A stretch of 64,000 bases of DNA from Pseudomonadota bacterium (GTDB lineage: Bacteria > Desulfobacterota > Desulfobacteria > Desulfobacterales > RPRI01). The stretch is taken from NCBI GenBank assembly GCA_043825875.1, contig JBDRRF010000110.1:1-64000 (forward strand), read 5' to 3'. The translations under genes and the position numbers were made by a program. Positions 48,414 to 58,306 of this stretch are shown here, one piece after another (positions within the stretch are counted from its first letter, which is position 1; each line of letters opens with the position of its first letter). Under the pieces are notes generated by a model. That model did not search any database. It worked only from the letters and a program-made list of their open reading frames with translations, and was not told the origin of the DNA.

Positions 48414-49731
48414 CATCAAATTCCGGTTAGGTTTTTGCATACGAATGTAATAGATTTTGTTCTTTGTAATTTTTTAAGTCAACCGCATTAGAGTCGATAT
48501 TTCTGAGTTCATTTTGAATTTTGATTCGTAATTCTCTAACTCTTTTTATGCTTACTTTTTCATTGTAGTTTTGATAGCAGTAAATCGCAAGCAACAAATA
48601 AGTTATAAGGCCAGCAAGTATTTGAACCATGAGACCGTGTTTACTTCTTGCTATGAGATGATAAACTTTAAGATGTCGCTTCCACCAGGCAAAGAATTTT
48701 TCGATTTCCCATCGAAGCTTATAAATTTGGGCAATTTGCTTGGCGGACAGGTCATAACGGTTTGTTGCGATCCAATATTTGACTCCATCAACTTCGTAAC
48801 CGACCAGTCGGAGTTGCTTTTTTGTTTGATTGATTCCCGATGTACCTAAAAGCACGATTGCATCATAGAAAACGATACTGTCCGGATCGACCTCATGTAA
48901 TTTTAAGCAAGTTTTTATAGTACCGGCTTTAATGCGGCATACAAATAATTTATCTTCTCCCTGCCACAGATCAAAACATTTGTGGCATTGGTAACCACGA
49001 TCCATAACACCGGTTTGACCTGGAGAAAGTATCTGAATAGCAAACGGACGTTCGGCACCTTTACCGTCAGAAAGGAATATTTTTCTTGGAATACTTCGAT
49101 TTAAGTCAAAACCGAGATGTGCCTTAGCTTTTTTGGCACCTTTTCTGTAGTCAGCCCAGTGCATCGACAAAACTGCATCGATTAAGGAGCCATCAATACC
49201 GATGAGGTCTCCAAGTTCAGGATGATTTTGGGGCAAAATATTACTTGCCTGGTTTTGAAGGTTTGCAAATACATATGCGAACTGATCGGGTCCCCTGGAA
49301 TTTATAGCTTCTGAAAAACTGCTTTTTTTGATACCATCATCAGGAGCAATGTTATCCCGGGCAAAATTATCTTCCTTTAGAACTTGAAGCAGATGTTGAG
49401 CTGATGTATGCTCCTCAAGGTGGAAGTACACTAATGCTTTGAGATGATCTTCAAATTCCATTTTTAATGGTCTGTTGCCTCTGGCTTCAAGTGGTGTCAT
49501 GCCTACCAATGCTTCTTGAGCGGGTAGAAATAATTTTTTAAACGAAGATGTTTGTTTTTTTCTAAAAGGGTCCAAAGAGTACGGCATAATAGTAATCTCA
49601 TGATATTATTATGTAATATCAAAATTCGCCACACATTACTACTCTTTTGTCAAGTAATATTTGACCCAAATAGCTAATTTTTCTAAATATATTATATCAT
49701 ATGCATGCAATTTTCTAACCGGAAATTACTG
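48414..49731 (-). mobile_element. IS4-family insertion sequence with intact-looking transposase (48427-49587)
   Basis: IDGS, MDRGY, Y-LRWEIEKFF DDE motifs; TIRs CATCAAATTCCGGTTAG / CTAACCGGAAATTACTG. Confidence 0.88.
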
Positions 49732-49739
49732 ATATAATA

Positions 49740-50250
49740 TATGTAAAAATTCAAAATTTTATTTTTCTTCTTTAACTCCTGCATTTTTGTAAAGCTCAAA
49801 AAGCTTACTTCGCCATCTCTCAGTTTCTATACGACCTTGTTCTATCTGTTTATTAGCATAAATAAGATATGATACGTTTTTCATTTCAAGGGCTTGTTTT
49901 TTTTTAAACAAAACCTTTATAAAGCATTTCTGCTCCATTAATATAGATTAAGTGTAACTTAGCTATTTCATCTGTATCAGGTTGAATTTTCTTCAATAAT
50001 TCAAAAAATCTACTATAAATCGGAATTACATCATTTTTCAATGTTTCATAAACAGCATGCTCACTTTTATAATTATTACCAGTAACTGACGCATATTTTT
50101 TCAATGCAGCCGTTTCAAGGCTTGCAATATCCAATATATCGTGATTCACATAATCAACAAGGTCAACAGCAATTTTCCTTTCTGCACATCCTGATAGATT
50201 AATAAATATGCCGATAGATATGATAATAGATTATGATTAAAAAAAGAAGC
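49740..50250 (-). pseudogene. Frameshifted lipoprotein gene
   Basis: LSGC lipobox in frame upstream of ORF 49904-50149; frame breaks at the T homopolymer near 49897-49905. Confidence 0.45.
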
Positions 50251-50504
50251 ACGGAAGAGGCCGTATTTTTTTTAAACAAGTTATTCTCTGCTATATTTTA
50301 TAATAATTGACTTGAAAACAATCTTTGTGGTAGTGAAATCAGCCATTGCTCTAAGCTTATAACAATATTTGTATTTTTATCAACATATTTCAGCAACTTT
50401 TAATTAATACCAAATAATTAATCCTGAAATGCTATCATATGAAGTTAAGGATATCAAGAAACACATCGGATTTTTAATGAGAATAAATACAAATATATAT
50501 CATG

Positions 50505-50795
50505 CTTTGAAGCCTAAAAATATTACAAATAGGGGTTTTCGCTGATCTGTTCCACTGTTTCTTCGTCACTGACGCCGAGGCGCTCTTTTATAATCAGCGT
50601 TCCAAGGGCTATACGAACCGACATCGCGGGTGGCCCCTTGTCTGTGCTGGCAAGCAATTTTGTATAAGCAGGTTCAAAGTCTGCCCAGGGAATGAATTTG
50701 GCTAACTTTACCCAACGGTTGTCACTGCGAAATTTTCCGCCAAAAGGGAGATAGAAGTCTTCAAATTGTAATTGCTTTTGATTGTGTTTATACAT
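50505..50795 (-). pseudogene. IS5-family transposase N-terminal fragment
   Basis: PFGG..DNRWVKLA..IPW..SDEETVEQISENPYL*YFLGF. Confidence 0.8.
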
Positions 50796-50933
50796 TTTTT
50801 ATCCGGAAATAGGTACAAGGGTTTTTAGGAAATATACTGATATCCTATTCACTTTTCTCCGGAGAATATAGCATGATTTTATAAATTATTCAATATATTA
50901 AATACAATTCATGAAACTTTAATTAACAAGCAA

Positions 50934-52076
50934 ATGAAATTTAAATCCAAACTGCCAAATATCGGGGTAACCATTTTTACAATAATGACAAATCTTGCGA
51001 ATGAGTATAATGCCATCAATCTTTCGCAAGGATTTCCTGATTTTGATACAGACCCCAAATTGATAGATCTTGTGCATAAATATATGAAAAACGGCTGTAA
51101 CCAGTATGCTCCTATGCAAGGAGTTATGCTTCTTAGAGAAAGGATAGGTGAGAAAACATTAAAGCTATATAATGCCTCGTATGATCCAACCACCGAAATT
51201 ACCGTTACTTCCGGAGCAACCGAGGCTTTGTTTGCAGCTATAATGGCAGTTGTAAAAAAAGGAGAGGAAGTAATAGTATTTGAGCCGGCCTTTGATTCCT
51301 ATGTACCTGCTATTAATTTAAGCGGCGGTATCCCAAAATTTATCAAACTGAAACCTCCCCACTACAACATAGACTGGGAAGAAATTAAAAATGCTGTATC
51401 AAAAAAAACAAAGCTTATTATTTTAAACTCACCGCATAATCCGACAGGTTCCGTTCTTTTAAAAGAAGACATTATATCTCTTTGCGATATTGTTCAAAAA
51501 ACCGGGATTTTTATTTTAAGCGATGAGGTTTATGAACACATTATTTTTGATGGTCTTAAAAACGAAAGCATGTCAAAATACAAAGAGCTTGCTGATCGCA
51601 GTTTTGTTATAAGTTCTTTTGGAAAAACATATCATACTACAGGATGGAAAATAGGATACTGCTTAGCACCTAAAGCTCTTTCCGCAGAATTTCAAAAAGT
51701 TCACCAGTTTTTGACATTTGCAACTAATACTCCTATACAGCATGCATATGCCGAATTTTTGGAAAATGAAGAAGCTTACCTTGGCTTATCGAGTTTTTAC
51801 CAAAAAAAGAGAGACAAGTTTTTATCACTTTTAAAAAACTCCCGTTTCAAAGCAATACCATGCAAAGGCACTTATTTTCAAATGCTTGACTATTCATCCA
51901 TCTCTGATGAACCGGATATGGATTTTGCAAAACGTTTGACGATTGAACAAGGAGTTGCTTCTGTTCCTCCTTCTGTATTCTACAATCAAAATGACGATCA
52001 CAAGATGCTTCGCTTCTGTTTTGCAAAAAAAGACGAAACACTTGAAAAGGCGGCGGCAAAATTATGCAGGATTTAA
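50934..52076 (+). CDS. ybdL: PLP-dependent methionine aminotransferase
   Basis: SKLP-IG-TIF, NLSQGFPDF, NSPHNPTG, SDEVY, SFGKTYHTTGWKIG. Confidence 0.88.
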   Translation: MKFKSKLPNIGVTIFTIMTNLANEYNAINLSQGFPDFDTDPKLIDLVHKYMKNGCNQYAPMQGVMLLRERIGEKTLKLYNASYDPTTEITVTSGATEALFAAIMAVVKKGEEVIVFEPAFDSYVPAINLSGGIPKFIKLKPPHYNIDWEEIKNAVSKKTKLIILNSPHNPTGSVLLKEDIISLCDIVQKTGIFILSDEVYEHIIFDGLKNESMSKYKELADRSFVISSFGKTYHTTGWKIGYCLAPKALSAEFQKVHQFLTFATNTPIQHAYAEFLENEEAYLGLSSFYQKKRDKFLSLLKNSRFKAIPCKGTYFQMLDYSSISDEPDMDFAKRLTIEQGVASVPPSVFYNQNDDHKMLRFCFAKKDETLEKAAAKLCRI

Positions 52077-52834
52077 ATATAACAATTATACAGACAAAGC
52101 TCATATGGGAAGATATCAAAGCAAACCTGTCTGTTTTTGATAACAAAATAGACGGCATAAGGGAAAAAACAGATCTTATAGTACTTCCTGAAATGTTTAC
52201 AACCGGCTTCAGCATGAATGCAGCAAAACTTGCCCAGGAAATGAATGGCATATCCGTAGACTGGCTTAAAAATAAATCATGCCGCATGCAGGTGGATATC
52301 GCAGGAAGTATGATAATTAAAGAAGATGGGAAGTATTTTAACCGGCTGTTATGGGCAAAACCTGACGGGACATTACATTGTTATGATAAAAAGCATTTGT
52401 TTCGTATGACCGGAGAAGAAAAAGTATATAGTGAAGGAAAGAACAAATTAACCGTTGAATTAAATGGTTGGAAAATCAGACCTTTTGTTTGTTATGATTT
52501 AAGATTTCCTTGCTGGACAAGAAATTTTAGCAAATCCTATGATGTAGCGGTGTTTGTTGCAAACTGGCCGGAAGCTCGCTCATATCACTGGGAAACATTG
52601 CTTCTTGCCAGAGCAATCGAAAATCAATGTTATGTCATAGGCGTAAACCGGGTAGGAAAAGACGGAAACGGCTACAACCACATCGGGCAATCTTCGGTAG
52701 TAGATCCTACAGGAAACATCATGTTTAGAAAACAAAATGAAGAATGCATACATACAGCAAAACTTTCTTATTCGGTTTTACAGGAATACCGCAATTCATT
52801 TCCTGCATGGATGGATGCGGATAGTAAGGAATGA
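52064..52834 (+). CDS. yafV: Omega-amidase (nitrilase family)
   Basis: LPEMFTTGF, YDKKHLF, CYDLRFP, ARAIENQ; paired with ybdL. Confidence 0.88.
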   Translation: MQDLNITIIQTKLIWEDIKANLSVFDNKIDGIREKTDLIVLPEMFTTGFSMNAAKLAQEMNGISVDWLKNKSCRMQVDIAGSMIIKEDGKYFNRLLWAKPDGTLHCYDKKHLFRMTGEEKVYSEGKNKLTVELNGWKIRPFVCYDLRFPCWTRNFSKSYDVAVFVANWPEARSYHWETLLLARAIENQCYVIGVNRVGKDGNGYNHIGQSSVVDPTGNIMFRKQNEECIHTAKLSYSVLQEYRNSFPAWMDADSKE

Positions 52835-52879
52835 GATTTTTTTATCCAACTTTGCTTTTTTAGCCAACTCTAATTATGG

Positions 52880-53009
52880 TTTTAACGATAGGGTCACTGT
52901 GATTGCTGGGATTAAAAAGCAGGGCGCTCTACCAAGCAACAATGCCCGTCAATGCTGCAATGTTTCGAAAACCACGCCCCCGGCAAATCCGTGCACCCAT
53001 TGGTTAGCA
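52880..53009 (-). other. Integron attC site (130 bp)
   Basis: Minus strand: R'' TGCTAAC, L'' GGGTGCAC, L' GTGACCC, R' GTTAAAA. Confidence 0.75.
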
Positions 53010-53118
53010 GATTCATTTGCTTAATGCTTAAAACAAATCGCACGTTGACGTACTGGTCAGAAGATCTATCGGCAACAATTATAAGAACTTATTCAGTTTT
53101 CTTGCCAACCGTTTACGT

Positions 53119-53343
53119 TTATGATGTGAAATATCGCCAGATACGCATCATGGTTTTATAGGGCATCTCGAAAATAATTTTTAATATTCCTCTATGCTCA
53201 CTTCTTTTAGTACCACCCAGCTTAAAATCTGAGTAAAACTTGTTCCCACATGAAGGACAAGCCATTAGAACCCCGCCGATGTTCTTAGGGAATCTTAACT
53301 GTTGGCCACATTTTGGGCATTGTTTTTCTGTAGAATCTGTCAT
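53119..53343 (-). CDS. Small Zn-ribbon protein (probable cassette gene)
   Basis: CPKCG..CPSCG; lies upstream of the attC at 52880-53009. Confidence 0.65.
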   Translation of the reverse strand: MTDSTEKQCPKCGQQLRFPKNIGGVLMACPSCGNKFYSDFKLGGTKRSEHRGILKIIFEMPYKTMMRIWRYFTS

Positions 53344-53779
53344 TGTTTTAGTTGCTACCCGCCGTCCTCCTCACCAAGGGAAAAAAGGGGTCAAATCTCC
53401 TATTAGCTCTTATTGATTTTTTTCTCTATTTCATGAACCTTAGCCCTTAATTGCTTATCCTTTTTCAACTGATGTTTTACCCTATCCACTATGCTTCCTG
53501 CAGAGCTGTCTTTTTTAAGGCCAAACACATTGCAGATATCCATTAATGTGTCACTCCTTAATTGCCTCATTAAAAATATATCTATATTTCTTGCCTCATT
53601 TTCTTGCCCTCTTCTTGATACTTGTAGATCAACAAGCGATACTTTTTACTCTTTGCTTATTATAGACAGTATCTTATTATTCTCAAGTACTTCATGGGTA
53701 GAGGCTATTGGTTCGTTAAAGCAAATTTATGCTGTCTTTTGACCGGAAATTTTGGACACCGTTGAAATATTGTGACCAC

Positions 53780-53837
53780 CGAAGGCGATAGAGCGCCGCG
53801 ACCCTTGGGGCACCCTACGTGCAAGTTTTGGTTAGGT
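53780..53837 (-). other. Truncated attC (left half)
   Basis: R'' ACCTAAC overlaps the stop codon of the YaiI-family gene; L'' ACTTGCAC; no L' or R'. Confidence 0.55.
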
Positions 53838-54299
53838 GCTGTTTAAGTTTTGCTCACGGCGGATTGCTTTAATCATCTCATCGAGCTGATAAAGAAAACG
53901 TGATCGGTCACCCTTCTTTAGCGGTGCAGGACCTCCTGCTATCTCACCAGCGCCACGAAGCTCTGACAACAGGTTACGAGTCGCAACAGCATCACCGATG
54001 TTATCTTCCCTGAATGGCTTTCCGGTTGGGCCAATTACACTTGCACCTTCCTTCAGGCAGCGGCTTGCAAGCGGAATATCCGCGGTGACAACGATGTCAT
54101 GAAGTTGCACGTGCTCGACAATCCAATCATCGGCCGCATCGAAACCGTCCGCTACAACTTCGAGAGAAATCCATCGCTCCTTCGAAACTCTCATCCATGA
54201 GTTGGCTACCAACGTGACATTAAGGCGATGTCGGCTTGCAATGCGGTACACTTCCTGTTTGACCGGGCACGCATCAGCATCTACAAAGATGTTCAGCAA
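53832..54299 (-). CDS. yaiI: YaiI/YqxD (DUF188) family protein, cassette gene
   Basis: IFVDADACPVK, DAADDWI, DIVVTADIPLA; likely TTG start at 54299 after a purine-rich RBS. Confidence 0.85.
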   Translation of the reverse strand: MLNIFVDADACPVKQEVYRIASRHRLNVTLVANSWMRVSKERWISLEVVADGFDAADDWIVEHVQLHDIVVTADIPLASRCLKEGASVIGPTGKPFREDNIGDAVATRNLLSELRGAGEIAGGPAPLKKGDRSRFLYQLDEMIKAIRREQNLNST

Positions 54300-54337
54300 A
54301 CGAAATTCCTTTCCTCTCCGTGGTGCTTGCCTATCAC

Positions 54338-54434
54338 ACATAACAATAAAGATTGTATACGGAGTGAAGCTAATAAATTTTTGCAAATTTAGCAAGCTTT
54401 ATGCAGCTTCATTCCGTATACAATCGGGTTGGAC
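54338..54434. other. attC-like palindrome
   Basis: ACATAAC..GATTGTATACGGAGTGAAGCT / AGCTTCATTCCGTATACAATC..GTTGGAC; 21-bp arms with one mismatch. Confidence 0.55.
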
Positions 54435-54772
54435 GGAGCCGTGCACCCACTAATATGGGGATTCAATGCGGCTTCTTTTATTTGTAATTTTCTTAAAACT
54501 ATATTCAAAGCTATCATCTTAGAATATAATCTGGGTCATACTTGGAATCAAACCTTGATTTCTAAACTGATGGCTTGATACTTTCGCCTATAGCCCTGAT
54601 CAGACAATATCCGGTCATCATCTGTTTGAAAAATATCCTGACTGCTATTTCCCCGGGACATCACATGATACAGTGCCCCCGGGTATTCTATTCGCCATTG
54701 TCGTGCCATAAATTGTTTTTATAAATAAAATATCAATTTGTTAAGTTAGTTCATATTTCAAGGTTTGACCCC

Positions 54773-54825
54773 GATAGCCGACCTACAAGATGTCCAATAG
54801 CGTTTTCTGTCCAGTGAACTCTCAT
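54773..54825 (-). pseudogene. RelE/ParE-like toxin N-terminal stub
   Basis: MRVHWTENAIGHL overlaps the antitoxin stop (ATGA); ends at the RAYT element boundary. Confidence 0.6.
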
Positions 54826-55010
54826 TTTGACAGACCAAATCTTTTACGTACTTCATTAACATCAACTGTCCTTCCTTCATCACTGTCATTTATACCTGCT
54901 TCTATTGCCTGGCGCACATAAATTTGGCACATCAAATCATCCCATGTGGCTTTGTCGGGTAATTTGTCCAATATCTTGTAGGCTGCGTTCTTTATGTTCT
55001 CGGTTTGCAT
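54822..55010 (-). CDS. Putative antitoxin of a RelE/ParE-type module
   Basis: LPDKATWDDLM-QIYVRQAIEAG..D..GR pattern; RBS AGGAGG; coupled to the toxin stub. Confidence 0.65.
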   Translation of the reverse strand: MQTENIKNAAYKILDKLPDKATWDDLMCQIYVRQAIEAGINDSDEGRTVDVNEVRKRFGLSK

Positions 55011-55193
55011 CTTTTTAGCCTCCTAAAAATATATAGTATATTTTATTTTAAACACTTTCTTTTTCAATAACAAGCCCCTTCATGAGTTTTATTCGTTTTG
55101 CAAAGATACACTTAATAAAATAACTTAGCACTTATGCCCCTCTGAGAGGGTTGGGGTGAAGGGAATGCAAATCTGTTTTTACCGCTTACTATA

Positions 55194-55583
55194 TTACGGT
55201 ACCTCCATGTCAAACTTCGGTGAATGACATTCATTGCAATATAGAATCGATGCGGCGTGATTCTTATGGCACAAGGTGCAGCGGGCTTCTCCCATATGTG
55301 ATTTATGCGGATTTTCAATGCCTGCCTTTATATTTTCAAGGTTTGCTGTTTCTTCGGCAAGCTTTGCATAGCTGTCATGGCAGTTCATACAGGTATCATC
55401 TCCAGGCCTTGCGTAAAGCTGTCCCGCTGCATGGCAGGATTTACACGTGGTATCATTATCTTTATGTTTGTTTATCTTTGGTAATTTATCCGAACCGGAT
55501 ACAGCAATGGTCGGCATATTTATAATCATAAAAAACGCCAACACTACTATCATTAATACCGGAATTTTTATCGATTGTTTCAT
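55194..55583 (-). CDS. Tetraheme cytochrome c (flavocytochrome c heme subunit), copy 1
   Basis: Signal peptide; four CxxCH motifs; NPH-SH. Confidence 0.9.
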   Translation of the reverse strand: MKQSIKIPVLMIVVLAFFMIINMPTIAVSGSDKLPKINKHKDNDTTCKSCHAAGQLYARPGDDTCMNCHDSYAKLAEETANLENIKAGIENPHKSHMGEARCTLCHKNHAASILYCNECHSPKFDMEVP

Positions 55584-55670
55584 TAAAGGATTCTCCTAAA
55601 CTTTTTTAAATTCATAATTTAAAGCAGTCCCTAAGTCTGATTTTGGCATTTTATTTACGGGTAGAAAATA

Positions 55671-57440
55671 CTACCCCAATACTTCTTTTGCCGCAAACAT
55701 ACCGGCCAGGCGTCCGCCGGGCAGCACAAATCCCACGGTTCCACCTCCTGCGGCATTTTCTCCCGCTACAAAGAGGCCGGGAATATGATCCCAGTTTTTA
55801 TCCAGAACATGAAATTGTTCATCAACTACAAGTCCGCCATGGGTGTTGAAACAACTTCCACCCTTTTGCTTTACTCCGTAAAAAGGCGCTGTGCGGATAG
55901 GATGCATATAAATCGGTTCTTTAAAAAAGTCGGCATCGTATCCTGAGTCACAAAGGCTATTATAACGATCAACCGTTTTAACCAGTATATCAGGATCAAG
56001 ACCTAATTTTTTTGCCAGTTCAAAAATAGTATCGGCTTTCTTGATTACACCTTTGGCTAAATAGTGTTCAAACTGCTTTTCGAACCACGGGCATGGATAT
56101 TCGCAGAAAAGCGGATGGAATTTCTTAATAATGTCTTCCTTGCTGATAGTATTTGCGTCAAAGAGTGTAAAAGATTCCATGTCGGGTTGAGTAATAATCT
56201 GGGCTGCCTGATAGGTGTATACCATACCTCTGGTAAGACTTTCGCAGAAGAATCTTTTTGACTTCTTATTGACTGTAAGAGATTTCTGACGTGCCAGCTG
56301 ATTTGGGGCACTGTATACCGTTGTAGCACCATGCTCACGAAGAACTCCGCCGTCCCATATTTCTATTTCATCCATTTGGCGCATATCAGCGCCCAGAGCC
56401 TGTGCCATCCTGATTCCGTCTCCTGTAGCTCCCGGCATGCCCCAATAGCGGGCTGCTTCAGCCCGGCGGGGTGTGCAATAAGTTTTTAACATATCCGTGT
56501 TTGCACCAAAGCCTCCTGTCGCAAGTATAACCGCCTTTGCTTTCAAATAAACCATTTTACCATCTATGTTGTGTGCAGCAATGCCGATTACACGTTTGCC
56601 CGATGTCACAAGACCTTTTGCAGGATGTTCTTTAAGAATCGTAACACCAAGTTCTTTTGCCTTTTTTTCCAATGCCTGCGTAAATCCTTTGGCATTGTGA
56701 GGATGCCACCTGTACCATCCTTCTTCGGGATGTTGGGGATCAATGGGAACATGAACAAGACCTGGCACAGGTAAACCGCCAGCAGGCTCGGTAGAATAAA
56801 CCACACCCATATCTTCAAGCCAATCTACCGTTTCTTTTTGTTGTTCCATAATCTGACGCACAAAAGTAGCATTTCGCCCGGAAGTCGGATTTGGTGTTGA
56901 TATATTCTGAGAGCCATCCGGATTTCTTGAGCCCTCAGCCAAAACTCTTGCAGCTATTGGCGGGGCCTTTATTCCAAATCTGTTCTGAAAATTGCTTCCA
57001 ATGCCTCCGCCAATACATTCGGCAATTGATGTGTCACCGCCGCAGAATGGATTCTTTTCTATCACAATGATTTTTGCGCCTTTTTCAGCCGCAGAAACAG
57101 CAGCAGCCAGACCAGCTCCGCCTCCGCCGGCAACTACAATGTCTGTTTCATAATCCCATTTTACAGGAGCTGATAAATTCGGGAGGGGTTCGGCATCAAA
57201 AAGTTTTTCACCCTTTTTCCCTTTTGCTTGTGCGACTTTTTTTGCTGCCGCTTCCGCTTTATTTATCCCTAACCCTGTCATTGCCGCTGAACCGATAAGA
57301 CCGGCGCTTCCAGCTCCTGCTGCTGTCAAAGCCCCCTTGAGAAAACCTCTTCTAGATACTCTTTTAAAAGATTTTTTTTCAATAGGTTCCCGGCTCATTT
57401 GGTCAGCATTTTTGGTTTGATCGACTGTAGGCTTCTTCAT
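55671..57440 (-). CDS. Tat-exported FAD-dependent oxidoreductase (flavocytochrome c flavin subunit family), copy 1
   Basis: SRRGFLK; GGGGAGLAAA; ILATGGF; GDGIRMA; IPGLFVAGE. Confidence 0.88.
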   Translation of the reverse strand: MKKPTVDQTKNADQMSREPIEKKSFKRVSRRGFLKGALTAAGAGSAGLIGSAAMTGLGINKAEAAAKKVAQAKGKKGEKLFDAEPLPNLSAPVKWDYETDIVVAGGGGAGLAAAVSAAEKGAKIIVIEKNPFCGGDTSIAECIGGGIGSNFQNRFGIKAPPIAARVLAEGSRNPDGSQNISTPNPTSGRNATFVRQIMEQQKETVDWLEDMGVVYSTEPAGGLPVPGLVHVPIDPQHPEEGWYRWHPHNAKGFTQALEKKAKELGVTILKEHPAKGLVTSGKRVIGIAAHNIDGKMVYLKAKAVILATGGFGANTDMLKTYCTPRRAEAARYWGMPGATGDGIRMAQALGADMRQMDEIEIWDGGVLREHGATTVYSAPNQLARQKSLTVNKKSKRFFCESLTRGMVYTYQAAQIITQPDMESFTLFDANTISKEDIIKKFHPLFCEYPCPWFEKQFEHYLAKGVIKKADTIFELAKKLGLDPDILVKTVDRYNSLCDSGYDADFFKEPIYMHPIRTAPFYGVKQKGGSCFNTHGGLVVDEQFHVLDKNWDHIPGLFVAGENAAGGGTVGFVLPGGRLAGMFAAKEVLG

Positions 57441-57478
57441 TATTTATTCCTCCGTATTATTGATTGCTACAATAACCT

Positions 57479-57620
57479 GAGCCACTTTCAAAACGTTTCA
57501 GTTTGGTCAAGGTCAAGGCGGGTGAAAATTTTAACCGCAGGAATACATGGAGTATTTCGAGGATTAAAATTTTCACTCAACGCAGAGATCGGCCAAAATG
57601 GGACGTTATGAAACTGGCTC
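57479..57620 (+). mobile_element. MITE-like repeat, copy 3
   Basis: 142 bp GAGCCACTTTC..GAAACTGGCTC; absent from the paralogous leader at ~60580-60595. Confidence 0.88.
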
Positions 57621-58122
57621 AGCTTCTTTAACCAGTATCTCCGGAATAATTCCCTGCATCGGAGAACGAACTTCCTTAGTCATTATAAATACATCCGGTC
57701 TGCTATTAATAAATATACATACTCTTATAAAAAGTAAAAAACAACAATTAAATCACTGGAAATTATGGCTTTTACTGTAACCCTTAGGAGATCATCTTTT
57801 CTTGGCAGACTCTTGGCTGCAACATTAAATTCTTTCATGACATTTAACCCTATTATAATCTGTAGGCACCTTCGCATTCGATTAAATAATCAGCTACCCA
57901 TTAAAAAAAGCAGTATTCTTATTTCAGATGTTTCCTGAGTTTAGAAACGATAAGGTGATCAGCGCCGATAAGATAAAATAATGAATCAGGCAAAAGGAAC
58001 TATGTGGCGTATGAAGAATAAAAGGGGCTTTATAGTGGCAAAAAGACATCAGAGTATTATATACTTATACTAATATTGAAGATTGTCAAAAACATTAGAT
58101 TAATAACACACTCTGTCGAAAA

Positions 58123-58200
58123 AATATCAAACAAGGAATTTTGAATTAAGAACTTCATATCTTTTTTCCCTTCGATATTCATTATTCCTTGTTCAATATT
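58123..58200. repeat. Short inverted repeat
   Basis: AATATCAAACAAGGAAT ... ATTCCTTGTTCAATATT. Confidence 0.5.
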
Positions 58201-58306
58201 CGAGATTCAGCTTTCAATAATATAATTGAAAAATAACTTAGCGCTTATGTCGTAATAGCCGCCCCTTGGGGAATAAGGGGAGTATATGTTTTTATCGCTT
58301 ACTATA

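Larger units (their letters stand above)
53387..54772 (-). mobile_element. Broken RAYT/Y1-transposase element with GGGGTCAAA inverted ends
   Basis: N-terminal MARQWRIEYPGALYHVMSRGN from 54709; DnaA-C-like tail SRRGQENEARNI..L-DI-NVFG at ~53400-53700; ends GGGGTCAAATCT / AGGTTTGACCCC. Confidence 0.65.

Noticed and set aside
53491..53742. Plus-strand 83-aa ORF
   Set aside because: Antisense to the RAYT C-terminal remnant
53739..53780. IS3-like end TGACCGGAAATTTTGGACACC where the half attC is cut
   Set aside because: Only one end and no transposase; too little to call
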